Source: Thalia democratica (Eukaryota). Taken from it: a stretch of 64,000 nucleotides of DNA. Every line of letters starts with the position of its first letter. Position 1 is the stretch's first letter. The notes under the pieces were generated by a model. That model was not told where the DNA came from, made no database searches, and was given only the letters and a program-made list of their open reading frames with translations. The DNA lies in the NCBI GenBank assembly GCA_965202585.1, contig OZ241828.1, positions 54,622,001 through 54,686,000 of the forward strand, read 5' to 3'. The translations under genes were made by a program, and so were the position numbers. Shown one piece after another: positions 1-12,527 of this stretch.

Positions 1-1567
1 TAAAAAAAATTGAAGAGTTAATTTTTTTAAGAAACTGATTTAAAGCAGCATTATAAGATCCTTGTAGCAAATTTATACTACTAAAAACCTATTTTTACCT
101 TAGTCAGATTTTTTAACAAAAAGAAACAGAATTTTTTTACTCAAACCTCGAAGAAAATCAACACATAAATTATATTTGCTTAAAAATGGGTAGTATTACT
201 TCCTTTAAAAATTTTTGCTTTATATCCTCGGAATATTTTTTTATGTTCTTTTTTTTCAAATTCTTTTAAATTAATTAAATTCTAATTAAGTTAATTTTTT
301 TAAATCAATTTTTTGAAACTAATTTAAGTAAAAAAAGTTTTTATATTTTTTAACTTTTTATTGGTTATTACTAAACTAAATTAAAATTACTACAGAGACT
401 AGTTTAGTTATAAAAGTTTTTTGTTTTATATAATCTTTCGTTTTGTAAAATATTTGTGCAATCTTTTGTAGAAAAATTAAAATCACTTATAATTTATAAC
501 GAATAATGATAAAAATTAATGTAGATGTTTCACAAATATGATTAAATATTAGGACTTGGTAATATGTACCAATACGGTTCTTAAAATATTCTCTTAGATA
601 TGCATATGATCTTAGTTTTAATTTACACTAAAGTTTGGGGATTGATTTATATAAGAGTTCTATAGAAAGTTATTCTACAACTTTAAATCATTAGTTGATA
701 TTTTTTGTCAATTAGAAAAAATATAATTCTTGAAACAAACAAACTGATCAAAAAATGTTTAGCAGCAGAATTGGCTACATCAAGAAAAAAGAAAAACTGA
801 TTTTTTGAATGATATAGAAAAATATTACTTTACTATTGTGTTCACTAAACTTTTTACTGTGCAATAGTTTTCTTTGTAATTTTTTTAAGCATTAGTTTTG
901 AAATATTAATTATTTTCTATTAGTTTTTTTAAAGTGCTTACAAAATAAATTTAATCTAAATAGTTTGTTTTATTAAAATAAATCAAAGGTCACATTGATT
1001 ATGCTTAAATTAGTTGCATTTTAATTTAGTGGTGTGAAAAATCTTTAACTGAAATACATTTTGCTTCTTTTGTTAAGAATTTTTATTACTTTTTAAATTA
1101 ATATTCTTAGTAAATTTATTCTACTGGGGATGTTGAAGATGCTAACTTAAGATGCATATTTTTTTTATATAAATGTAATTTTTTTTACATACTTAATTTT
1201 CAAAAATGAATATAGCGATTTTAAATAGCTTATTATAATCATTTAGTTAGATGATGTTTTCTTTTAAAAACATTTTGTTTTAATACTTTAATTTTTTGTG
1301 ATAAATATTTTATCGGAATTATTGTTTAAATATATTTGTTTAAAACTCAATTATCTCATTTGATTTTTTTTGTTTATTTACTAGTTCACATATTGTTTTT
1401 AAGTATAGAACCTTAACTAAAGTTTGTACTCCAAAACTAAAGCTTATCTATCAGAAAGCTATTAATTTTTACAATTTAGTTAAAATAATTTTCTTATTAT
1501 TAGTAGTATTATTTATATCTTTGTAAAATAAGTTAGTAACCTTAGGTTACCAAGCTTTACAAAAAGT

Positions 1568-1892
1568 AAGTGATTAAAAAAGCCGAATTTTAGTTTTCAG
1601 CTCAAAAAGTTCTTCAAACATCAAAATACACCCTGTGCAAAATTTTAGATGGTTTGAAGATACCTTCATGCAACCTAATTTTAATTTTCTGTAAACGACT
1701 CCAATGCAAGTTAGCCTTCAGATATTTTTTTGGATGTTTGCATTAGGTTTGTTTTCAGAAAATCAAGATTAGCCAGCATGAAAGTCCTTTTTAAACCATT
1801 TAAAATTTGGCCCGGTAGTTTTTATTTTATTTGCCACATGTAAAATATTTTTGAGCTGAAAACTCAAAGGTCGCCGTTTTTTAAGCACCCTA
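1568..1892. mobile_element. Non-autonomous TIR element (MITE), probably Tc1/mariner-like
   Basis: Imperfect ~40-bp inverted ends (gtgattaaaaaagccgaattttagttttcagctcaaaaa / tttttgagctgaaaactcaaaggtcgccgttttttaagcaccc); right end is followed by TA; no ORF. Confidence 0.55.
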
Positions 1893-2630
1893 ATGTCGAA
1901 CCTTGAACACATACATTTTCAGTAGTAAAAAGTTCTCGGAATTTTAAAACATCATTTTAAAATACAGGTTTAATAAACAGTTAAATATATGCATATTTAG
2001 AACATTAATGTTGCTCATAAAATACGATGATATTGGTATAGAAACATATGGTTAGTTGTGTTAAGTAGTATTTTGTTTAAAAACTGTTAATAAAACTTAT
2101 TACTGGTTGTATTTAAGAGCAATGTAAATAATGTGTGAAGTTTATAAACCTTCGATTTTTATGTAGATTTTAGAATTAAACAGTCTTGAAACTGGTATAG
2201 TTCTTTTAAAATTACATGAAGTTTATTTAGTTGAACTTCCTTAAACAACTTTTTTGACTTTGCCGTGAACTTAAACATAGAATATCTGTCATAAAATAAT
2301 ACTTTTCATCTTTTTCCCTACTGTTTAGAGTTAGTAAATTAATTTTCAAAATACTATAGCAAGTATTAGAAACAAAATGAATAGTTCAACAGAAATTGAT
2401 AGCTTGTAAGCAGGATTAGTAAAAATTTATAAGATTTGATTTTCAGTTACATACAAGTTTGGCAATATTCTGATGTTTTCTTACAGACCTAATACTGGAA
2501 TAACCTATGCTTTTTTACCCAAGTGTTCAGATTTCAGTACATAAGAAAATACTTGTAGAAGTTAACATATTTGTTGATTTTTTATGATTAAAAACAGTTG
2601 GGCTTTTTCAAATGTATTATTTTAGAATCA

Positions 2631-2683
2631 AATTGTCTATTGAACGACAAAAAATCGAATTGTCTATTGAACGACAAAAAATC
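2631..2683. repeat. 27-bp tandem duplication
   Basis: aattgtctattgaacgacaaaaaatc occurs at 2631 and 2658. Confidence 0.85.
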
Positions 2684-2684
2684 A

Positions 2685-2850
2685 AGCGTTCAAAAATTTT
2701 GGCCCAAAGAAAAAACCTTTCGGTTATCCAGTCGTACACCACGGATACAGTTTAATGTCTTGTCCAGGACAAACATGAAAAGAAATAACTCACTAAAACT
2801 ATTTCAACGCGTTTTAACTAAAAACCCTAGTACCGTTTTTTCTTAATAAA
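2685..2850 (+). repeat. Dispersed repeat without obvious TIRs (family also near 17800, 39515, 50810)
   Basis: Shares aagcg(c/t)tc-aaaa-tttgg with the 17.8 and 39.5 kb copies and gtc(g)tacaccacggatac...ttgtc(c/t)aggacaa with the 50.8 kb copy. Confidence 0.5.
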
Positions 2851-3143
2851 CTTCTGTAACATTTTTTTTACGTTTTGTTTCCCTACTGATTTTAATTAAA
2901 AAAATATTTATAAATTACTTATTTCTTAAATTTGAAAAGTGAAATTATTTTGTGTAGCACTCAACAGAATCAAGTTGCTAAAGCTGTTTTTAGAATACTT
3001 GTCTATACAACAGCTTTTTCATTTTGTATACAAAAAACTTTTTTAAATAAAAATGAATGCGTATTAGAATAGAAAAGCAATGAACCGTTTTTCCACTCAT
3101 CTCATAACTGTATACACATTGCAGAAATAAAATAATTAAAACA

Positions 3144-3728
3144 ATGAACATACTGAGCAAAGTGAGGCTGGTGCGAGCCGACATAACGACGTTGAAAGTG
3201 GACTGCATCGTCAACGCGGCCAACGAAACGCTGCTCGGCCTGGGCAGGAACAAGCGCCGCTACAAGGGAATAGCCGAAGCGACCAGGCTGGCGGCCGGAG
3301 ACGAAATCGTGGACGAGTGCGAGCGGCTGAGCAACACGGGAGGGTGCAGGACCGGGCAGGCCGTCATCACCGGAGGCTACAAGCTGCCGGCGAAGCGCGT
3401 GATACACGCCGTCGGGCCGCGCAAGAAGACGACGGGAATCAACTTCAAGCTGCTGGCGAGCGCGTACAGGAGCAGCTTGGAAGTGATGAGGGAGAACGGG
3501 ATGAGGAGCGTCGCGTTCTGCTGCATCTCGACGGGCCTCTTCGGCCACCCCAACGAGAGGTCGGCGGAGGTGGCGTTCGAAACCGTGTGCAAGTGGTTGG
3601 AGCGGAACTGGGACGACGTGGACGAAGTCGTGTTTTGCACCTGGCTCGACAAGGACCACGCCATTTACAAGAACCTGATCGCTCAAAAAATCAAGCTTCA
3701 GCTGCAAAGTAGTGATGACTTGTTTTAG
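3144..3728 (+). CDS. Macrodomain protein, MacroD/YmdB class (ADP-ribose binder or hydrolase-like), 194 aa, intronless CDS
   Basis: Motifs ADIT, CIVNAAN, G.AVITGGYKLPAKRVIHAVGP, VAFCCISTGLFGHP and a eukaryotic MacroD-like C-terminus (KWLERNWDDVDEVVFCTWLDKDHAIYK); ATG to TAG; very high GC3; possible 5'-UTR acceptor ttgcag about 20 nt upstream. Confidence 0.95.
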   Translation: MNILSKVRLVRADITTLKVDCIVNAANETLLGLGRNKRRYKGIAEATRLAAGDEIVDECERLSNTGGCRTGQAVITGGYKLPAKRVIHAVGPRKKTTGINFKLLASAYRSSLEVMRENGMRSVAFCCISTGLFGHPNERSAEVAFETVCKWLERNWDDVDEVVFCTWLDKDHAIYKNLIAQKIKLQLQSSDDLF

Positions 3729-6105
3729 TGGCAGTTGTGTATATTTGAACATTAGGTAATAAATTATTAGTCAAAAAAGTTCGACTAATGTTTATTTTTT
3801 TATAACACCTATTTCTAAAAAACTAGTAATGTTTTAATGTACTTAAAAGTAAATGTGTTAGCTAGTCAACTATTAAAACTAATCAATATACGGATTTAAC
3901 TAGTAAAGTCAATAAAACTAGAGAAACTACTCCATTTTAAATTCAACAAATTAACGCGATTTTTATTAATACTTTATATTAAAAAACACTTGAAATTAGC
4001 TAGCTATTAAATAACTTAAAAGAAATAACATGTGCAAAAAAAAATCTACAAAAAACCATAAATACTTATAAACCTGAAACAGTGAAACAGCCTATACTTT
4101 TATGTAGTTTTGTTAATTTATAGTTTGACTTTATTGAAATTTCAAAACAGTCTTACACTTTATGCTCTAATGTGTGTTTAAATATATCTTCAAATCGATT
4201 AAGTTGAAAGAAAACCAGTTTCTAGGTTCAGCTGTTTTAGTATTTAAAAATAAGCAAGAAAATATTTTGATATTTATGATTAGTTTAAAGCTAATTAGTT
4301 TTACTTAATTTACAATCATAGTTAAATTTATTGCTTCGACAATAACTTAGCTAAAAATACAATTTAAAGAAGTGTAATTTATTCTGTATAACCGTATTTT
4401 GTCTGAAAATAAAATTACAAATTTAAACAAAACTAGCATTATATTGTTATTAAATTTACAAATTTATACTTGAAAAATTGAAAACAAAAAACTGATTTTT
4501 TCTTTAAATTTTACAAAAAACTAATTAAACAACAACTTATGCTTTGATCATCCTCAAACTTCAAGGATACTTGTTTAAAATGCAGCGATTCTTTTTTTAA
4601 GTTTAATAGTTACTTAAACTTAAAAACATTTAATAAAAAATAGAAAAATTTACACCAATTCAACAAAAATTGAAATAAACCAAATATTTTACACCCTACA
4701 GGAAACTAAAAATATGCAACCTTAAAAAAACTACCAAAATTTGTTGTGGATGGAAAGTTTTTTTTCTAACCATTAAGTTTTAAATAAAACTTTTTTATAA
4801 AATATATATATTCAATTAACACATTGCTAACATTATGAAGAAAACATTATATTGAATTGCCTTATAATCATTTTATTTTGTAATATATAATAGTTTTTTT
4901 TTAAATGGTACATTCAAATTAATTTTTTGAAAAGGTTGTGTACAAAAAATCTTATTGTTATTTTTATTTCTATGCAGAAATAAATTTCTGACACTTAATC
5001 CTAATAAGTTTAAATTTAGGATTCAGTGTCATAAACTTATTTTAGCATAGAAAAAATAAAAATTTCATAAAAAATTAATTTGAATGTACTCAAAAAAAAC
5101 TATTATGTATTACAAAATAAAATGATTATAAGGCAACTCCATACCTGTATTGGAACATTTTATGCTGTAATCAATTTAGAAAAACTGCTTTTTTTTATAT
5201 ACTTGTTAAAGAGTTGTAAATTTAAAAAATTATAATATGTTTTTTAGTTGCCTTAAGCTGACTTAGGACTAACTATTTTAATAAATTAGTATTGCTCAGT
5301 TATGAAATTAAAATATTATTTATTAGATTAGTTAGTCCTAAGTCTAACTTTTTTAAAACTTTTGCATTGTAAAAATACAACGAAGTTTATTAAACTCGAA
5401 TTTTTTTAAAACACTTATTAGTATTTTTACTTTAGTTATCCAAAAATACTTCAAAACTAGTTCAGCTTATATAAGTTAAAAACAATTGATAGATTAAGAA
5501 ATTTATATGAAAATAACTTTAAGTAAACGTAGAAACTTAATTTTAAACTTATTTCGGGTTAGAATAAAAAATTAATACTGTTTTAAAAATTTACTATTAG
5601 TCAAATGCTTAAACATGAATGTATAAAACCAAAAATTTTAAACTGTCTAATTTAAATAAAATGCTTTTAATTTTTAACTACTATGAAATTTTTTTTTTTA
5701 GTTATTAAGAGTTTAAACTTAAAATTTGAAACCTATTTTAATAGGTTTCTTACTAGACTTGTTCATATGTGATGACTAGTAAAAGAATAGACAGCTATGA
5801 AGTTCTTTAAATAAAATTTCCATCATTACTAAAGCCTTATGTAGTTTAAAGTACAGAAACAGGTCTCGGGAGTTATTAAACTAAACTTAAATCAGAATTA
5901 AAAAAAAGAAAGAAATTTTTCTAATATTAAATTTTATATAAACACTACAGGTACTAATGTAACTATTTGAGCGGACTGTTTGATATGTTTGATTAAGCGG
6001 TTAGTTTACATACAATAAGCTTATCACAAAATATCCAAATAAAGCTCTTCAAATACTTTTACCATAGGGTTTAGTTTTATGCTTATATTTTTGCAAGATA
6101 CTTAT

Positions 6106-6480
6106 ACTTTGGCACGAAGGGTCATTTTTGAACAAAGACTTTTTGCACGGCTTGAAAGTCTTTATATTTTGTTTAACTATATATATATATATATACAAGT
6201 ATTTAACATTTGATTTCTATTTTATGTTTGCTATCACTGTTTAACCTTACTTCTACCTTTGGTCAGTAACTTTTTTTTTTGTTGTTATATATTTTTTCAA
6301 AATAATTTTCTTTTTTTTTACTATCACTGTTACTCCTAACCTTTACCCTTGTTTGGTAATTTTTTTAGCATCATTATAATTTTTTACTTTCGTTCAAAAT
6401 AGTCACTTGTGCAAAGTTTACCCTTCGTGAAAAAGTGACACTTTGTAAAAATATCTTTGTGCAAAACTGACCTGTCTTCT
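6106..6480 (-). mobile_element. TGCACG-array foldback MITE with telomere-like core
   Basis: Degenerate tgcacg / gtgcaaaa subterminal arrays in inverted orientation; internal reverse complement of GGGTAAGGGTTAGGGGTAACAGT; boundaries approximate. Confidence 0.65.
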
Positions 6481-7866
6481 ACTGATATAGTTAGTGAATA
6501 CCATGATGTTTAATTCGGTTTGTTAACAAAAAATAGTGTATAACATTCTCAAATGTTTATTATACTGTACTAGTATTTATTATCTAAACATTATAAAAAC
6601 TTTTAATTTTATTACGCTTTTTCAATCACATACATACGTTAGTTATCAAGTTTTGAAAGTGATGTTTATCTACGTAAACGTTTTAATAATAAAGCAATAA
6701 TCAATGAGATGTACTGTGAATTATTAAAAGTAGTTTATTTTATAGATTAGATTGGTGAACAGTTTATGTAATTTAAAAATTAAATTGGTGAAATAATTTA
6801 TGTAACTTAAATTACTAAAATATCTTAATATAACTAATAAAACTTTGTTATTTCGTTTGGATTTAAACAAATTTTTACCACATAAAAGAAAAATAAATTG
6901 AATTATTAAAAATAGTCTATTTCATAAATTAAAATTTAAAAGTTTACAAATTATTTATATTTTTAATAAAATTCTGTATCAACATTCAACATCAATAACA
7001 GTCATTAGTAAGTAAGTATAATGTTTACTTTAAAAATTCGTGAAGTTGAAATAGTAAACAAAAAATTTAAAGTTTATAGTAGTTTTTAAACACAACTAAC
7101 AAGTAATTAAGATAATTAAACTACTTGTTAAGCTAGAAAGTGTAATTCTACTTTAAAAGTAGTTAAATTATAAAAACAAAGACTTTCAGTTAATAAAGTT
7201 AAAACACTTGATGTATAAAAGTTATTTTTTTAACTTAATCGTAAATAAAGTTAAACTGATTTTTCTTCAAAAGAAAAATTAAAACTCTTAGTAACTTAAA
7301 TCAAAAATAAGCTCTTGTTCTTATTTTGTCTATTAATTGTAAAATTAGAAGCACTTCTACACTTAAATCAAAAAACTCTAGCTATATTATGTTTTAGAAA
7401 ATTGCAAATGAAAAACACCATTTTAACTTTGATATACTGAAAACAGCAAATTTTAATCAATTTTATTAATTTTAGTTGCTATATATACTCAACTAAAAAG
7501 TGTAAGAAATTTTATTTAAGGCATAAATACTTTAGTATATATTTAAAAACGTTATCCTAGTCTAAGCCATAAAAAAAATTAAGTTAAAGTTTAAAACCTA
7601 TTAACGATCCATAAGCAAAAGTGCTTTTCCTTTAATACAGTTTTAATTCATTTTAGTTATTGAACATAAATATTAATCTTTCAAAAATTATTTTTTTTAG
7701 TTTACCTTTGGTAGATGGTAAAACTTCCCTTAATTCAAAAATAAATTCATAAATTTAGTTTTAGATAAAATACTATATAAGTTTACTTTTAGATAGTTCT
7801 GAATACTTTATAACTTAGATAATCATAATACAATTATAGTTTTAGTTTACTGGTTACGTTTATATC

Positions 7867-8625
7867 ATGAATACCATCAAAATAAAACTTCATATTTTTC
7901 GCCAAAGCTTTTCAACATTAGACACTTTTCTTAAGGAGTCTACACATCTGGAGTTTGATGCAATTGAGATTGCACCAGGAATACAGCTGTCTCTAAAAGA
8001 ATTTTTACAGACTTATGCTCAAGAAGCTCTACATTATTCTGGGCTTGTTTCATGTCTACCTCAATTGATAGACTTCGATAACCGTTGGAAGGTGTTGAGC
8101 ACAAACTGGAATGCACCAGTGTCTGGTTTCGTCCAGCTAAATAGCGGACAATTTTCTCGAGATGACACAATAGTCATGTTCCTCAATATTTTTAATGTTG
8201 CTCCTAGTCCCCAAGACTTTTTACCGGAATTTCAAGTTGTGTTTTATTTAAAATTTCACCTAATCAATCCAATTGACCACAGAGTTCGTGTACCAATTCA
8301 TACAATATATTTATCAGATCAACAACTGCAAGAATCTCTAAATGATGTTGTGAAATATTGCATTCTAGCAAAAGTACATATATCCAGAGAAAAGATTAAT
8401 ACACGTACTAAATGTACATACCATATTTTTGCAATAAAACGCGATGGTGCATCACCAGTTTTACCAGAGGAAAGCGAGCTAAATATTCCTGAATTTATTC
8501 AAGGTCGGAGGACGGATTTACCAGATCCTAATAAACTCATAGTACTAGTTCACGCTTTTTTCATACAGAAGGTAAATCCAGTATCCAGTGGACAATTCAC
8601 CCGAATGACAAAAGGACAAATGTAG
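7867..8625 (+). CDS. Orphan protein, 252 aa (paralogue of 20940-21704); possible tandem beta-grasp domains
   Basis: Long ATG-initiated ORF in AT-rich DNA with raised GC; collinear protein similarity to the 254-aa minus-strand ORF (LH.SG.VSC.PQLIDF; IKRDGASPV; LPDPNKLIVL.HAF). Confidence 0.85.
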   Translation: MNTIKIKLHIFRQSFSTLDTFLKESTHLEFDAIEIAPGIQLSLKEFLQTYAQEALHYSGLVSCLPQLIDFDNRWKVLSTNWNAPVSGFVQLNSGQFSRDDTIVMFLNIFNVAPSPQDFLPEFQVVFYLKFHLINPIDHRVRVPIHTIYLSDQQLQESLNDVVKYCILAKVHISREKINTRTKCTYHIFAIKRDGASPVLPEESELNIPEFIQGRRTDLPDPNKLIVLVHAFFIQKVNPVSSGQFTRMTKGQM

Positions 8626-11600
8626 TTCAAGAAAATATTGGCCTTGAATCCCAGCTGATTACACCTACAGTTTGCTGCCAAGTTTCATTATAATGTTGAC
8701 TTTGAATAACACATGTACTTGCTTTTATATTATGCTTTATAATATTACAATTGAAACACACCTCAGTTTTTTATACGCTTTTCGTTTTACAAAAATAATA
8801 AATAGAAAAATATGTTGTACTTTTACACTCTTAAACATTACAATACGCATCCATGCGTAATACGATATACATACTTATAGTATATATATAACTCCTGAAA
8901 TTAAAACATCACTTTAATTGGTCGGAAGTTTTTATCCTAAAACGTTCTTTTTTTTAAGGTTTAAAATTTAAGTGTTATTTTTTATTCAATACACACCAGC
9001 TTTAATAACCAAAATACAATTTAAATAAACTTATTTTAAATTTTAAAACATTGTATCATACACTTGAAACTTTTTTATCGTGGTTTTAAAAACTTGTCCC
9101 AACTTAAAAAAGTAAAATAAATAATTTAAAGACAACTACAAAAATGAAACTACTTAAACTTTAAGTATTAAGTTGGTTTGAAAACGACAGTTAATTGTTG
9201 AGAAATCAAATCGTATTGAGTAAAACTATATGATTGTATAAAAAAGAAATGTTAAATCCATTATTTAAGTACACTTCATACTTACATAAACTAAAGATTA
9301 ATCTTTTTTATTTTCTATGCATCGGGCTTAATCAGATTAAAAAATATAAAATACAAAACAGTAAAGAAAAATTAAACTAAAACCTAAAATTGAAACAATA
9401 TAAAAATGAATACATATAATAAACAAGCGAAACACATGTCTAAGGTTCGAAACTTATTATCTAGTACAATAACCTCTCGCTTATTTACGCACATTATGTC
9501 CACAGAAAAAATGCGTAAAGATACGAGATATCGTAAAGATAGGAGAGGTACCAATATACTCACTATAACGGCTGTTTTTTAAATTTGCTTCTAATTAAAA
9601 GCAGATTGAGGACTTTCCCACTTTTAAGAATTTGTTTACTTTATTTATAAACATGAAAACAAAAAATAAAACTATACATACATTGAAACATTCTAATCTT
9701 GTTTGCTACAAAAATTTGAAAAAATCTTTACTTTGTACCAAAGTAGCTTTAAATTATATTGAAATAATAAAAATAAAATATTTTAAGTATATTTTTCTTA
9801 AACAAAATATTTTCTTGTTAAAATAATCAAATGTTTGTTTCGTTACTAAACTTATTGCCAACGTACTTGTTTTACAAATATAAACTAGTTTTCTGTTTTT
9901 TCTTTGAATTTTCGTCCAAATAATTTTTAAAATAATAAAAAAAAAAGTTTTTGTTGTAAAAAAATAAAACAAAAAAGGCTATTTTATCAATATTAGTTAA
10001 GTTATTAGTGCGTTCTTGTTTAATGTTTATCACTTTAATAGTTTAAAATTAGCACACTTTTATTGATTTTTACAATAACTTTAATAATAAACTCATGTTT
10101 TACTTTTTGTATTAAAGAAAAAATGTCCTAGAAATAACTCGCTCTTATATTAATATTTTAAAAAATTTTGTCGCAAAGTTTAGTAATCTTAAATTACGTA
10201 CGGAAAAGTATTTTTTTTTCACCGCAAGAAAAATTATTTCTAGATTTTAATTTTATAGCCAACAAAACTGTGTATTTCAGACAACTTTACAGTAGTAAAT
10301 AAAAAAATACTTATAAACTTTTTGTAGTAATAAACAGTTACGCACAATTTCGCGTGGGTTCTATTGATAATCTAGCAATTAATTTGCTAATAAAATCCAA
10401 AAACTTAAATATCAAGCTAATGTTTACTAAAACAAAAAACTCTTATGGTTAATAGTTTTTGCTTAAATTTTATATTCATAAATTCTTAAAAATTATCTAT
10501 TTTTTAAACTAAATGCAGAAACTCAGTTATACTTCTAATCAAAAGTCAATATTCATCTATGAGAATTACTTTGACTTATATAATTGTGTATAAACAAAAA
10601 ACCTTTTAAAGTTCGTTAAAAAAGAAATATACCTTTTTGTACTTAACTTTTAGTGTCAAACTAGTTACACATAAACATTGTTTTATTATTTGATACCATT
10701 TGTGTTATTCTAATACTTATTTTAAACACTTTAAACGTCTATTATTATGGTTTCTTGATTAGTTTGATGAAATTACACATTAAATTAAATGTTTGAGTAT
10801 ACCTCAACAATTATTAATTTTTTTGAGTATCAAAAACGTTAAACGCAACTTGTTTAAAGGTTTAGTATGAAAACTAGACATCTTACATTGTTTATATAAA
10901 GAATGTACTCGTCAAGGTTTGAAACGTAGGTTTCAAACTTATAAAAACTAATATTTAACAAGGTTGTTTGAAATTTATAAAAGTAATATTATTCCAAAAA
11001 TAAATAAAAAATAACATAAAGTTATAAATTAAAGTTTCAGTTTTACTTTCTAAACTTGAAAATAATTTATTAAAAAAAATTGTATTTGTATTAACTAAAT
11101 TTGTTGAAAAAAAAACACAATTTATTTTAGTTATTAGTATGTCTTTAACTATACTAATAAAAAGAAGAGCATTCAAATAGATAAACCGCTTATTGGATTT
11201 TTTTTTACAAAATTTTTTCACCCGCAAATATGCAACCAAACTAGTGGTTTACACGTTTGATTACAAACATGATACTTGAGTCTGCAGAGAAGAAACGTGT
11301 ATTAATTTTGAACATCATACGAGTAAAAACCACCAGGTACTTTTTTAACCTCATTTATTTGATGAATTAAATTTGAAGAAGTTTTTAGGAACAAGTGCGT
11401 ACTAATGAATAAAAATTTTCTCCACGTAAATGCCTTCCGGTTAAAAAAAGTTCCTATAAAACAAACAGCGACTGCGCAAATTTATTAACACTAGTAAATA
11501 GAAGTAACATATTTCGAAACTCTATAATTATATTTTTAGTTTTTTGCTTTAGAGAAAGCTTTATATTTTTAACTATAAGTGTCTTTACAAAATTACAGTT

Positions 11601-12527
11601 ATTCGGTTCATTTTTTTTTATTGATTTAATAAAAAAAAAATTAAAACAATTTAATTCCTTAAGTTTTCAATACTAAGATGTTTTTAAATTGTCGTTTTTG
11701 AAAGGTGCTATTATAAGTTAAAACTAGTCGTGAGAAAATTATGTTTTCTTTTTAAATTGAAAGTAATTTTTCAATAAGGAAAATTGACTTTTTGTTAACA
11801 AAATATAACATTTTACTATAATATACTATAGTTGATATCAAAAAATAAGTATTAAATAGTGTTAGTTAGAGAAGTTTATACTTTCTCAAAAAGTAAACAT
11901 AAAAGTTACATAAAGTTTATTGTACAACATCTTAACACTTTATTTAAAGTTAAATAATGATAAATTTTTAAAGTTTACTAAAAGTTAAGCTAAAAATTTA
12001 GTTAAGTTGATATAAGTTTTTACAAAAATTTTTATCGTTTTTATTTTCAAGCAATTACATTTCATTAACTATGATTTTGCGAAATATTGAAAAAATATAA
12101 TGTCAGATTATTTATAAATAGTTTTGTAATAAATAGGAATGTTTTAGCTTTTTCGATTATACAAGATAGCCTACAGTGTTTTTATATATAATAAAAATAA
12201 CTTTAAAAATTAATCATATGTTTATAAAACAATTTCATTAAAACAAATACTATTCTACCCGAATACTGTTTTTAACACTTAGCAAAACCTGCTTTAATTT
12301 TTGCTTAAAACTTTAAATATTTTAAACAAATTATAAATCAAGATACCTATTACTAGCAAAAGTTGAGCTATATTGTTTAATATATCTTTTGAATTGGTTT
12401 GTTTGGTTTAGGTTAATTAAAACTTTTGGTTCGTAAATGCTATAACAAAATACACTAACTATCATAATTATAACTTTCTATAATTTGAAACAATTTATTA
12501 GGTTTTCAGACCTTTCTAAAAGTGATA

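Noticed and set aside
108-800. Possible exon pair 108-189 and 716-800 ending LAAELATSRKKKN*
   Set aside because: Weak donor (gtagta), low-complexity peptide, no paralogue or family support.
3102-3752. 216-aa minus-strand ORF plus 3317-3712 (+) and 3377-3664 (-)
   Set aside because: Shadow frames of the GC3-rich macrodomain CDS; no motifs of their own.
8648-8693. SECIS interpretation of the conserved 3' block
   Set aside because: The genes end in TAG and TAA with no in-frame TGA, and I see no SECIS core.
9632-11239. Short F/I/K/L/N-rich ORFs here and elsewhere (for example 22135, 40996, 48059, 56844) and exon-like pieces near 10335-10450 and 11230-11430
   Set aside because: Expected by chance in very AT-rich DNA; I could not build a consistent model or recognise a family.
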